Positions 20,949-29,707 of a stretch of 46,405 nt of DNA are shown in pieces (position 1 is the first letter of the stretch; each line of letters starts with the position of its first letter). Below the pieces are notes generated by a model. That model saw only the letters and a list, made by a program, of their open reading frames with translations. It ran no database searches and had not been told where the DNA came from. Source of the DNA: Candidatus Moraniibacteriota bacterium (GTDB lineage: Bacteria > Patescibacteriota > Minisyncoccia > CAIUEV01 > JAHKAQ01); assembly GCA_014729445.1 (NCBI GenBank), contig WJJX01000108.1:1-46405 (forward strand), given 5' to 3'. Made by a program: the position numbers and the translations under genes.

Positions 20949-21728
20949 CTAAAATTCCAGGCTTTCTAAAACAGCCTTAAATTCGGCTTGACATTTATCA
21001 AATTCCGGACCGTAACAAATTTGTGAAATCTCAAAAATTCGTTCATCCTCCAAAACTCCGGCTAAAACTTCAAAAAAAATCTCCTCGCCTTCTTTGTTAA
21101 CAAAACTGTCCACTTTAATTCCGGTCAACTTGATTTGAGAACTTTCCAAAATTAAAGTTTTATCGGTATAATTGCCCCGGCCAAAATAATTCTTGAATTC
21201 ATTAATCAGCTTCTGAACCGATTCTTCGGGTTTTTCTGTCAGTGAATCTTCAACTCCGATGACGATTTCGTTCCTTGGGTCACCTTCCTGAAAAAGAGTA
21301 TACTGTCTTAAATAATCAACCCTTACTTTATCTTCTCTGGCCTTCCAGTCCTCGGCGTAAGTCAGGCTCATCCCTTTAGGGAGATGAAGAATATTTCTAG
21401 TTTGAACCTCATCTCTCTCACTATCTTCCCCAGAAATAGGCTTTGAAGTTTCACTATCCTTCAATCCCATTCCCGAAAAAAAACTCTTAACCTTATCGCC
21501 GCCTCTTTTTAATATCTTTTCTATCTGAGGCCAATCTCTCTTAACAAACCCTCTGCCTATCCCCTTGTAATAATAAAGATAAACCGAAACCGTAAAAACC
21601 AAAGCCAGAAGAAAGAAAAAAAACATTAATTTATCGTATCGATCCAGCCTTCTTTTCCTTTTTTCTCTTCTAACCGCCTGATTAATCAAATATTTGTTTA
21701 CATCTTTATCGGAATTTAAATTTTCCAT
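20949..21728 (-). CDS. Hypothetical single-pass membrane protein
   Basis: 259 aa. A basic N-terminus and one TM (LMFFFFLLALVFTVSVYLYYY) are followed by a roughly 190 aa extracytoplasmic domain. No motif recognised. Confidence 0.5.
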   Translation of the reverse strand: MENLNSDKDVNKYLINQAVRREKRKRRLDRYDKLMFFFFLLALVFTVSVYLYYYKGIGRGFVKRDWPQIEKILKRGGDKVKSFFSGMGLKDSETSKPISGEDSERDEVQTRNILHLPKGMSLTYAEDWKAREDKVRVDYLRQYTLFQEGDPRNEIVIGVEDSLTEKPEESVQKLINEFKNYFGRGNYTDKTLILESSQIKLTGIKVDSFVNKEGEEIFFEVLAGVLEDERIFEISQICYGPEFDKCQAEFKAVLESLEF

Positions 21729-21730
21729 AA

Positions 21731-22168
21731 CTATTCATTAAGTCTATTAATAATATGATCCTTATACCTCTCCGTATTAACGCCGTTTCGCTTCTGCAAT
21801 TTCTTAAAAATATTTTCGACATAAGTCAAAGTATTTGTCTCTTTCGGACTTCCGACGTTTTTTTTAAACTCCGGCTTCCTATTCTCTAAATTCAAAGCCC
21901 TTTTACGCCTTTCGGCCTCTTCAAGCCTTTCTTTTTCAATCTGCCGTCGCTGTTCTTCAAAAGCCTGTTTTTTTTCTTCAAAATCGCTTTGATTTCCGTA
22001 TCTCTTGTTTTCATAAAAACCATTGGCATCCGGCTTGTTTAAAAACCTCAAAGATCGCTCTCTTGATTCCCCAAAAGCGAAGGAAAAAGCCAAAAATATC
22101 CCAAAAACAAACGAAAAAATAGAAAACATTAAAATCAATAAAGGTGCGACCAGCCTGTTTTTAAACAT
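21731..22168 (-). CDS. Hypothetical single-pass membrane protein with charged coiled-coil region
   Basis: 145 aa with an N-terminal TM and an E/R/K-rich segment (EEQRRQIEKERLEEAERRKRA). It lies 2 nt upstream of the 259 aa gene. Confidence 0.45.
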   Translation of the reverse strand: MFKNRLVAPLLILMFSIFSFVFGIFLAFSFAFGESRERSLRFLNKPDANGFYENKRYGNQSDFEEKKQAFEEQRRQIEKERLEEAERRKRALNLENRKPEFKKNVGSPKETNTLTYVENIFKKLQKRNGVNTERYKDHIINRLNE

Positions 22169-22263
22169 AGACTCAAATTAAAATCAAAAATAGCAATTAT
22201 TTAAGGTTCATAATTGTATATCAAAATAGAAAAATATAGTCAAAAAAGCTTATCCTCAAAAAT

Positions 22264-23550
22264 TTATCTGCCAATCCCTTTATACAAAACCCCCGCCTCG
22301 ATAATCTCATCCTTGCCAAGACAGTTTTTTCCGTCGATAACGACTTTAATCCCGTTCTTTTTCAAATTTTCACCCGTAAGTTCTTTTTTAAACTGATTAT
22401 GATCGGTCGCCACGATCAAAGCTTCGGATCGCGCGAGGACCTCCTCCAGCGATTTAACCCCTGATTTGCTTAAGACATAAGGATCAAAAGCGACGACGTC
22501 GGCTTCCAGTTTATTAAGTTCTTGAAGAATTTCAAAACTGGGGCTCTCTCTTGTATCATCAATACCGGCTTTATAAGAAATGCCAAGCAAGCCTATTTTG
22601 GTTCGTTTAACCGGCATTTCCACTTTATTCAACTCATTCTGAAGCAGTTCAACAGCATAATTGGGCATACTGTTATTGATTTTTCTGGCCAGTTTAAGAA
22701 AATCATGACTAAATCCGACAGTTTCGGCTTTTTGAATCAGATAATAAGGATCAACCGGAATACAATGACCGCCGACCCCGCAGCTTGGCCAATGCGCCAT
22801 AAAAGAAAATTTGCTGCTGGCTCCCTTGATTACATCAACCACATCAATCCCCAGCTGATCAAAAGACTTGGCAATCTCGTTAATAAAAGCGATATTAATA
22901 TCCCTAAAAGCATTTTCGATTGTTTTGGTCGCTTCGGCTTCTCTTATTGATTTCATTGGATTAATTTTCGCATCTATTACCCTTTCGTAAAACTCAACCG
23001 CCTTTTTAAGTCCCTTTTCCGTCATCGCCCCAACATTTCTGGGCAAATTGGAAACATTCCAGTGCGAATCACCCGGATTGATTCTTTCCGGCGCATGAGC
23101 TAAATAGAAATCTTCGCCCAATTTCAACCCCTGCCCCTCCAGCAAAGGCAACACTACCTCCTCGCAGACTCCCGGATTAATGGTTGACTCCACAACCACC
23201 AACTGGCCTTTTTTATTATTATCTGAAATCGTTGCGACCGCGCTTCTCAAAGGTCCAAAATCGGGCCTGTAATTATTGTCTACCGGTGTGGGCACACAAA
23301 CAATCACGATTTCGGAATCCTTGATTACCGTCTCATCCGTAGTGGCCTTTAATTTTTTCTCCTCTACCAGTGTGGGCAGCATCTCTTCGACCAAAACGTC
23401 TTTAAAAGGGGCTTCCCCGTGATTAACTTTAGCAACGGCCTTTTTATTTATGTCAAAACCGTAAACAAAATAACCCTTGTTGGCGGCCACACAAGCCAGT
23501 GGAAGTCCAACATAACCGATTCCCACAATAGTAACTTTTTCTTTTTTCAT
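22264..23550 (-). CDS. Nucleotide-sugar 6-dehydrogenase (UDP-GlcNAc/ManNAc/Glc dehydrogenase family)
   Basis: 428 aa with an N-terminal Rossmann motif VTIVGIGYVGLPLA and a catalytic Cys context GVGGHCIPVDPYYL. Confidence 0.85.
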   Translation of the reverse strand: MKKEKVTIVGIGYVGLPLACVAANKGYFVYGFDINKKAVAKVNHGEAPFKDVLVEEMLPTLVEEKKLKATTDETVIKDSEIVIVCVPTPVDNNYRPDFGPLRSAVATISDNNKKGQLVVVESTINPGVCEEVVLPLLEGQGLKLGEDFYLAHAPERINPGDSHWNVSNLPRNVGAMTEKGLKKAVEFYERVIDAKINPMKSIREAEATKTIENAFRDINIAFINEIAKSFDQLGIDVVDVIKGASSKFSFMAHWPSCGVGGHCIPVDPYYLIQKAETVGFSHDFLKLARKINNSMPNYAVELLQNELNKVEMPVKRTKIGLLGISYKAGIDDTRESPSFEILQELNKLEADVVAFDPYVLSKSGVKSLEEVLARSEALIVATDHNQFKKELTGENLKKNGIKVVIDGKNCLGKDEIIEAGVLYKGIGR

Positions 23551-23594
23551 ATTTTATTCTTAAATCAATTAAATAAAATTTATATCAAATAAAC

Positions 23595-25502
23595 CTAATT
23601 TTTTGATTCCTCCCGGAGCAGGGCAAGAGGATAGTTCACTTCCCAAATTTTAGCATCAACCTTGATTTTTTCAATTCCCGGCCGTTCAAATGGCTTTTTT
23701 GAAGGCTTAACAATACTATATTCTAGACTGTAGTGGCCTTTTTTCTCTTTAATTATATTTTTATATAAATCCTTCTCCTCCTCCAGGGCCAGTAGATAAA
23801 GCTTGTCAAATTTATTTTTGTCAAGCTTATTTAAATCATCGGGATTAAAAAAGTAAACCGCCGGCTTCCCATAGATAACCCTCAAAGGCTCACTCACTAA
23901 AGACCACCCGCTCCCTGAGGCCTTCTGACTCACCAGCAGCAAATCATCCTCTCCAATTTTTCCAACCACCCCATCTTTTGAAAGATCCTCTAATTGAGAC
24001 AACAAATCCTTGTTCTGAGTGAAATTCCAAAAAGGAATAATCAAATACAAATTATAAAAAATCAAAAACCCGATTAACAAAATTCCCAAAAAACCGGATC
24101 GCAAATAAGCCCCCTCCACCGCGTCGCGCACGCTCGACTTGACCCGTCGTAAAAAACCCAAATTACAATCCAAGACCCCGTAGAAAATACAAACCGGTAT
24201 AATCGCAAAAACAAACCTGCGAAGCATCCATGGATGATCCGAACTGATATTGGGATCAATAAGATAATAAAAAATCAAACAAAAAAGAACCAAGGGAATC
24301 CAGAAAAGCTTTTTCCTGGTTTTTAAATTTCTTAAATATTCCAAAAAATTATCTTTGTTTTGATTGTTTTTATAATCCCTTATCAGAGCAAAAAAACCTC
24401 CAGCCAAAACCAAAAAGGCAAAAATAATCAAAGGCAGAATCCCATAATTAAGCAGCACCTTTGGCAGATAAAAATCCCGCCAATCATCCGGAATAAAAGA
24501 AAACCCTTCTTCAAAAAGGCCGGCATCGTCGCTTTGCTCCGTGTTATTCGGCACTTCAATAACGCCCTTAAAAGTATCAAAATAAAAATTAAAATTAACT
24601 GACAATGAAATAAAACCCGCAAGCATCAAAACAGCAAACATTAACCCGGATTTTTTCTTTCTAAAATTAGAGGCGTCAAAAATCAAAAAGATTAAGAACA
24701 AAGAAAAAATTATTAAAACCGCCTCAATTCTAACAAAAGGTGTAATAACTAAGGAATAGATCAACAAAGCATAATTAGTAAAATTCCTATTTTTAAAATA
24801 CTTAAAAATCAGATAAACACTGAACCAGACAAAGGCGGCGAAAAATATTTCTGTTAAGGTGAGTTTATAAAAAACAAAAATCGGGAAGGCTGTAATTAAG
24901 GCCAAAACTCCAATCAAAGCAGGCAGCAGTCTTGCGGAAATTTCTCTAATCACCAAATAAAAACTGAAAACAAACCCGATAAACGGAATCAGATTCACAA
25001 ATTTTAACCCAAACAAACCCAAAAAAGAAAATATTATACCAATCCAAACCGGATAACCCGGCAAAAACTGGGTTCTAATCGACGCACTATCGTGATAATA
25101 AAATCCCGGAAAATTCAAAGCTTTCCCTTGCTGATAGATCGCTCCAAATTGTCTTGTCAGTTCATCTTCATGCACCAATCCATGATCTTTGCTAAGCAAA
25201 ATGCCGGCAATAGCCAAAGATCCTTCATCTCTACCGCCAAAAACCGTCGGTTCAGAATAAACAGCCAGAAATATCCCTGTCACGCAAATCAAACCCAAAA
25301 CAAATTTATCCGCCCTTTTAATTTTTTCTATAATTAAAAACTTCCTTTTCAAAAGAATCCCAAAAATAAAAAGCTGCAGCAGGAAAAAAGCAAGCAACAA
25401 AGTTTTATAAAAAACTCCTAAAATGGCAATCAACAAAGCAAATAGCAACAATTCCATCCACCAAAAAAACAGAATCTCAAATAAATTTAATCTAATCTTC
25501 AT
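23595..25502 (-). CDS. Large polytopic membrane protein, probably a GT-C fold (ArnT/PMT-like) glycosyltransferase
   Basis: 635 aa with more than 10 hydrophobic segments. An acidic first-loop motif GGRDEGSLAI is followed by a roughly 130 aa soluble C-terminal domain. Assignment is by architecture only. Confidence 0.45.
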   Translation of the reverse strand: MKIRLNLFEILFFWWMELLLFALLIAILGVFYKTLLLAFFLLQLFIFGILLKRKFLIIEKIKRADKFVLGLICVTGIFLAVYSEPTVFGGRDEGSLAIAGILLSKDHGLVHEDELTRQFGAIYQQGKALNFPGFYYHDSASIRTQFLPGYPVWIGIIFSFLGLFGLKFVNLIPFIGFVFSFYLVIREISARLLPALIGVLALITAFPIFVFYKLTLTEIFFAAFVWFSVYLIFKYFKNRNFTNYALLIYSLVITPFVRIEAVLIIFSLFLIFLIFDASNFRKKKSGLMFAVLMLAGFISLSVNFNFYFDTFKGVIEVPNNTEQSDDAGLFEEGFSFIPDDWRDFYLPKVLLNYGILPLIIFAFLVLAGGFFALIRDYKNNQNKDNFLEYLRNLKTRKKLFWIPLVLFCLIFYYLIDPNISSDHPWMLRRFVFAIIPVCIFYGVLDCNLGFLRRVKSSVRDAVEGAYLRSGFLGILLIGFLIFYNLYLIIPFWNFTQNKDLLSQLEDLSKDGVVGKIGEDDLLLVSQKASGSGWSLVSEPLRVIYGKPAVYFFNPDDLNKLDKNKFDKLYLLALEEEKDLYKNIIKEKKGHYSLEYSIVKPSKKPFERPGIEKIKVDAKIWEVNYPLALLREESKN

Positions 25503-25626
25503 CTAATCTTTATTTTATACTAAAATTTCCCTAGCAAATAATAAAAAATTTCTTTCAGGGATCCTTCTGTGAAAGCCTGCTAGGGCAGCGAAGCGTGGCC
25601 AAAAAAATTGGGATGGGTTTTTAGTT

Positions 25627-26931
25627 TCACAATTTAGGATAAATCGGAAATTCCCGACACAAAGCTCTAACCTCCTCTTCAATCCGCTTAATTTTCTGCT
25701 CGTTCTCATAATTCTCCAAAGCGTCACAAATCGCTTTGCCTAAAATTTTCATTTCCCCTTCCTTCATTCCCCGAATAGTCGCGCAAGGCGTTCCAAGTCT
25801 AATTCCGCTTGGCGAAAAAGCCGGCCTTTTATCGCCTGGAATAGTGTTTTTATTTACCGAAATCCCGATTTTGTCTAACGTCTCCTCTGCTATTTTACCG
25901 TCCAAATCTTTACTTGTGACATCCATCAAAACCAAATGATTATCCGTTCCGCCGGAAACCAGCTTAAACCCTCGCTCTAGAAAAATACTCGCCAGCGCCG
26001 CCGCATTTTTAACCACCTGATTGGCCCACCTAAGAAACTCTTCTGTGGACGCTTCCCTCAAAGCAACCGCAATTCCTGCAATTGTGTGCTCATGCGGACC
26101 GCCCTGAAGCCCCGGAAAAATCGCCCGATCAATCAAAGTCGGCAAATTTCGTTCGCTTATCTTATCAGGCTTTTTTAAAGGATTGGAAGGATCACCATTG
26201 CACATAATAATACCGGCCCTTGGACCTCTAAGGGTTTTATGAGTGGTGGAAGTTATCACATGGGCATGTCCGACCGGAGAAACATGCTCGCCCGCAATCA
26301 CAAGACCGATAATGTGAGCAATATCGGCAACAAAAAAAGCATCGTACTTTCTTGCCAATTTCCCGAAAGTTTCAAAATCATATTCTCTCGGATAAGCGGT
26401 GGCCCCGGCAAAAATCAATTTTGGACGATGTTTCTTCAATAACTGTTCAACCTGATCAAAATCGATTCTTTCGTCTTTCCCGACTCCGTAACTGATCGAA
26501 TTAAAATAACGCCCCGAAAAATTAACTTTATGTCCATGGGTTAAGTGACCACCGTTACTCAAATCCATCCCCATAATCCTATCCCCCGGTTCACATAAGG
26601 CAAAATAAGCCGCCTGATTAGCCGGACTTCCCGAATATGGCTGAACATTCACATGATCGACGCCAAAAAGTGCTTTTGCTCGATCAATTGCCAACTGTTC
26701 AATCTGATCTGTATACTCCTGACCGCCATAATATCTTTTCTTTGGAAAACCTTCGGAATATTTATTATTAAAAATCGAGCCCATGGCTTCTAAAACCGCT
26801 CTTGAAGCATAACTTTCCGAAGGAATCATCTCCAAACCGTTTTTTTGTCGCTCCAATTCTTTTTCGATTAAATCATAAACTTCTTTATCCTCTTTTCTCA
26901 AATTTTGATAAACTATTTTCCTTTGCCGCAT
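25627..26931 (-). CDS. glyA: Serine hydroxymethyltransferase
   Basis: 434 aa with the PLP-lysine motif TSTTHKTLRGPRAG and the GGHLTHGH motif. Confidence 0.96.
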   Translation of the reverse strand: MRQRKIVYQNLRKEDKEVYDLIEKELERQKNGLEMIPSESYASRAVLEAMGSIFNNKYSEGFPKKRYYGGQEYTDQIEQLAIDRAKALFGVDHVNVQPYSGSPANQAAYFALCEPGDRIMGMDLSNGGHLTHGHKVNFSGRYFNSISYGVGKDERIDFDQVEQLLKKHRPKLIFAGATAYPREYDFETFGKLARKYDAFFVADIAHIIGLVIAGEHVSPVGHAHVITSTTHKTLRGPRAGIIMCNGDPSNPLKKPDKISERNLPTLIDRAIFPGLQGGPHEHTIAGIAVALREASTEEFLRWANQVVKNAAALASIFLERGFKLVSGGTDNHLVLMDVTSKDLDGKIAEETLDKIGISVNKNTIPGDKRPAFSPSGIRLGTPCATIRGMKEGEMKILGKAICDALENYENEQKIKRIEEEVRALCREFPIYPKL

Positions 26932-26950
26932 AATAAATAAATTTTACTAA

Positions 26951-27547
26951 TTAAAAAAACCGCTTTTTGATTATCTCCCAAATTTCATTTTTAACTTCAT
27001 CTATTGCTTGATTAGCATTAATAATGTACCAATCATATTTAAGCGCCAATTGCTTATGCGTCTCTTGAGCTCTTTTTAAAAGCTCGTTATCCCTGTCTAA
27101 TTTACTATGCTCCTGAGGCGATCGTTCAAACATTTCTCCGTCAAAAAAGACTGCCAAATCTTCATTACGGCTCGATTGATATAAATGCTCCATAATTTCC
27201 GGCTCCACTCCCATAGCGATTCCCCAAGCAGCCGCTGATCCAAAATAACTTTCGCAGACAATAAAAATTCCCTGATCCAGCTTCTTTTCCAGTTCAATGG
27301 TTTTTTGATTCTGATTAATAAAATTCAACAATTGAAACTCTCGATTGGATAAATTATACTTATCCTGATCCCTTAAAAAATTCATAATCAGACTTCCGGT
27401 CGGCTCCAGGCCGTAAACCGGAAATTTAATCGACTCCGCTTGATAACCTTTATCGCTTAATTTTTTGACCAGCAACTCGGCCTGAGTGGAACGACCCAAA
27501 TTATTAATCCCATAAAAAGCGATCAATTTTCCTTTTTTGTTTTGCAT
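26951..27547 (-). CDS. Thymidylate-kinase-like protein with non-canonical P-loop
   Basis: 198 aa, colinear with Tmk (KLIAFYGINNLGRSTQAELL..KGY....KFP). However, the Walker A is GINNLGRS (Arg where the invariant Lys sits) and DRY is replaced by ESY (IVCESYFGS). Confidence 0.6.
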   Translation of the reverse strand: MQNKKGKLIAFYGINNLGRSTQAELLVKKLSDKGYQAESIKFPVYGLEPTGSLIMNFLRDQDKYNLSNREFQLLNFINQNQKTIELEKKLDQGIFIVCESYFGSAAAWGIAMGVEPEIMEHLYQSSRNEDLAVFFDGEMFERSPQEHSKLDRDNELLKRAQETHKQLALKYDWYIINANQAIDEVKNEIWEIIKKRFF

Positions 27548-27633
27548 TTTATTTTATTATTGATAATTAATTCGCAAGGCTTCCATTAAAGCAGCAGGAC
27601 CCGCGAACCTTACAGAAGCTATTTATCACGTTT

Positions 27634-28326
27634 CTAGGCACTGCGAGCTACGCTGACATTCTCAAACTGGCTATTAAAATCCTTATAATACGCCTTGTAA
27701 TTTTCCTCTCTGGTCCATTTTTTAATATAACCCTCGGGCAAAGGCAAAGCCGGAAATCTGTCTAATTTATCCCAGTCATCGCCTTTATACATCGGATAAT
27801 TATAATAGGGATATTGTTTGGGAATACCTCGAATAAAAGCCACTTGCGGAATTTTCCAGCAGGTTCTGGCGTAATAAGCCCGATGCATTCCGTCGCAAAT
27901 TAAATTTGCCACCTTGCCATTGGCTTCAATACTCTCTTCCACAATTACCGGCAAAAAATCTCTGGGCTCCTTTTCGTCTTTAAGCCAAAATCTAACAAAA
28001 CCGTTTAAATTAAAAATATCGACTTTATATTTTCTCATTTCCCAATCCAAATTGGCGATATCCATCAAATTCTGCTCGATAATATACTTTTGCGGGCAAT
28101 ATAACTCTGTAGTATCCAGGTTCTCCAAAGTAACCACCGCATCTTTATAAGGCTGAATCTTAGACGCTTTTAACATTCTGACCGCCTTAAGCCGCTTTAT
28201 TAATTCCTTTTCACCAAATCTTTTAATTTTAATTATTTTCATATTTTTAGAATAAACATTAATTGCCTTATCAAGTTCCTCTAAAGCGACGCGATAAAAA
28301 AAATCATAAATATTTCTCCAAATCAT
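27634..28326 (-). CDS. ParB/sulfiredoxin-fold (DGxHR motif) protein, function unknown
   Basis: 230 aa. LPVIVEESIEANGKVANLICDGMHRAYYAR matches the ParB N-terminal/Srx core pattern (PV.V....G....DG.HR..A). The start overlaps the HAD gene by 23 nt, and an alternative ATG exists at 28242. Confidence 0.5.
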   Translation of the reverse strand: MIWRNIYDFFYRVALEELDKAINVYSKNMKIIKIKRFGEKELIKRLKAVRMLKASKIQPYKDAVVTLENLDTTELYCPQKYIIEQNLMDIANLDWEMRKYKVDIFNLNGFVRFWLKDEKEPRDFLPVIVEESIEANGKVANLICDGMHRAYYARTCWKIPQVAFIRGIPKQYPYYNYPMYKGDDWDKLDRFPALPLPEGYIKKWTREENYKAYYKDFNSQFENVSVARSA

Positions 28327-28948
28327 AAATTGTCGAAATATTCAAATCAGCGTGCTTTGATTTGTTCCAAACAATCACTGTCTGCATTCCCACTCTTTTA
28401 GCGGGAATAATATCCGCTTTTTCCTTATCTCCCACGTAAACATGTTCAATCGGCTTTCCTTTGGTCAATTTCAACATGGCATTATAAGCTCGGCCTTTGG
28501 TTTTACTCATTTTCCGATCTCCGCCAAAAATTCTAAATTCAAAATCGCTTTCAGGATCGAAGCCGATTTTTTTCAATTTCCGATAACTGCTTTCTTTGGC
28601 TGAAGTGGTAATCAAAAAAATGGTGTATTTCTCTTTTAAATAACGAACCATATTCACCAATTCTAAATCCGGCCTCAAAAACTTGTAAACTTCCACTTTG
28701 TTGGAAATATTGGCCGAAAATTGCTCGGCCTTGTCTATTCCTAAAAATCTAAAAGTATCGCTGCCGCTTCCAAAAATCTTATAATTTTTTTCAAAACGCT
28801 CTTCAGCTTCTTCGTAGCTAAGCTTTAACTCTTTACTCAAATCCTTATAAATAGTGTCTCGATAACATTTTTGAATTTCCTCGGTATCCTTATACAAAGT
28901 CTGATCCAAATCGAAACCCACAAATTTTATTTTTTCCTTTCTAAGCAT
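28304..28948 (-). CDS. HAD-superfamily phosphatase (nucleotidase-like)
   Basis: 214 aa with motif I FVGFDLDQTLY (DxDxT), motif II FLITTS and motif IV YVGDKEKAD. Confidence 0.75.
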   Translation of the reverse strand: MLRKEKIKFVGFDLDQTLYKDTEEIQKCYRDTIYKDLSKELKLSYEEAEERFEKNYKIFGSGSDTFRFLGIDKAEQFSANISNKVEVYKFLRPDLELVNMVRYLKEKYTIFLITTSAKESSYRKLKKIGFDPESDFEFRIFGGDRKMSKTKGRAYNAMLKLTKGKPIEHVYVGDKEKADIIPAKRVGMQTVIVWNKSKHADLNISTIYDLEKYL

Positions 28949-28957
28949 AGATTTTTT

Positions 28958-29494
28958 TTAAACCTGAGCCTCCAAATCATCCGCCGAAACGCGACCGCCT
29001 TTCCACTGGCCTCTACTCAAGCTGCTTTTGCCTTTAATTTCACTAAAAACAATAAAAGCGACTCTGGCTCCCAACTCAAATTTAAATTTCGCCGGCCCGA
29101 CATTTTTTAAGCCAAAAGTTAATTTGCCGTAATAACCGGGCGAGACCTTGCCGCTCATTAACATAACTCCGCTTCTAAAAAGCGTGCTTCTGGCAAAAAT
29201 CCGGGCAAAAGTTTGTTTGTCAATATTCACTTCTTCAATCGTTCTAATCAAGACAAAATCATCCGGATTCAAAATATAAAAACGGTCGCCTTCTTTTCTG
29301 GAAGCCGCAAGTTCGCTCATCGGCGTTTTCCTTTCTTCCAGGCCCAAAAAACCGCCCCCGGCAATCTGATAGACTTCATCCACTCTAAGATCAAAACCCG
29401 GCCCCTCCGGTTTTTCAAGTTCCCGTTCGCTTAAATTTTTAACCAATTCCTTTTCTTTAACTTTTTTCAAAATTTCATCGCCGCCTAAAATCAT
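28958..29494 (-). CDS. dCTP deaminase / dUTPase-fold protein with atypical active-site residues
   Basis: 178 aa. ARSTLFRSGV and SPGYYGKLTFGLKN....LGARVAFIVF are colinear with Dcd motifs GRSSLARLG and DPGW.G...LE..N....G..I..L.F. A Gly occupies the position of the catalytic Glu. Confidence 0.65.
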   Translation of the reverse strand: MILGGDEILKKVKEKELVKNLSERELEKPEGPGFDLRVDEVYQIAGGGFLGLEERKTPMSELAASRKEGDRFYILNPDDFVLIRTIEEVNIDKQTFARIFARSTLFRSGVMLMSGKVSPGYYGKLTFGLKNVGPAKFKFELGARVAFIVFSEIKGKSSLSRGQWKGGRVSADDLEAQV

Positions 29495-29707
29495 TTTTGT
29501 TTAATTTATTTGTTTAAAAAAAGCCAAAACAGAAATCCACGCGCCGTATTAATTTTAATTATTTTTTGGCTCCTTAAAGAACAATCTTGAGCCTAAAGCA
29601 AACTCTCCCATTTTAGGATAAATTAATTTTTCAGGTTTCTTTCCTTTCTCTTTAAATTAGCAAATTAATTAAATTTTTCAAATTTTTTAACAAAAAAAAC
29701 CTAGAAA

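Noticed and set aside
25529-25585. Nested inverted repeats CCCTAGCA...TGCTAGGG and CTTTCA...TGAAAG in the glyA/GT-C spacer.
   Set aside because: The geometry is a poor terminator (large asymmetric internal loops, a weak T-run) and there is no second copy elsewhere in the window. It cannot be distinguished from chance without comparative data.
25515-25727. 70 aa minus-strand ORF spanning the glyA 3' end and the downstream spacer.
   Set aside because: It overlaps the conserved glyA C-terminus out of frame, and it has no motif and no plausible start context.
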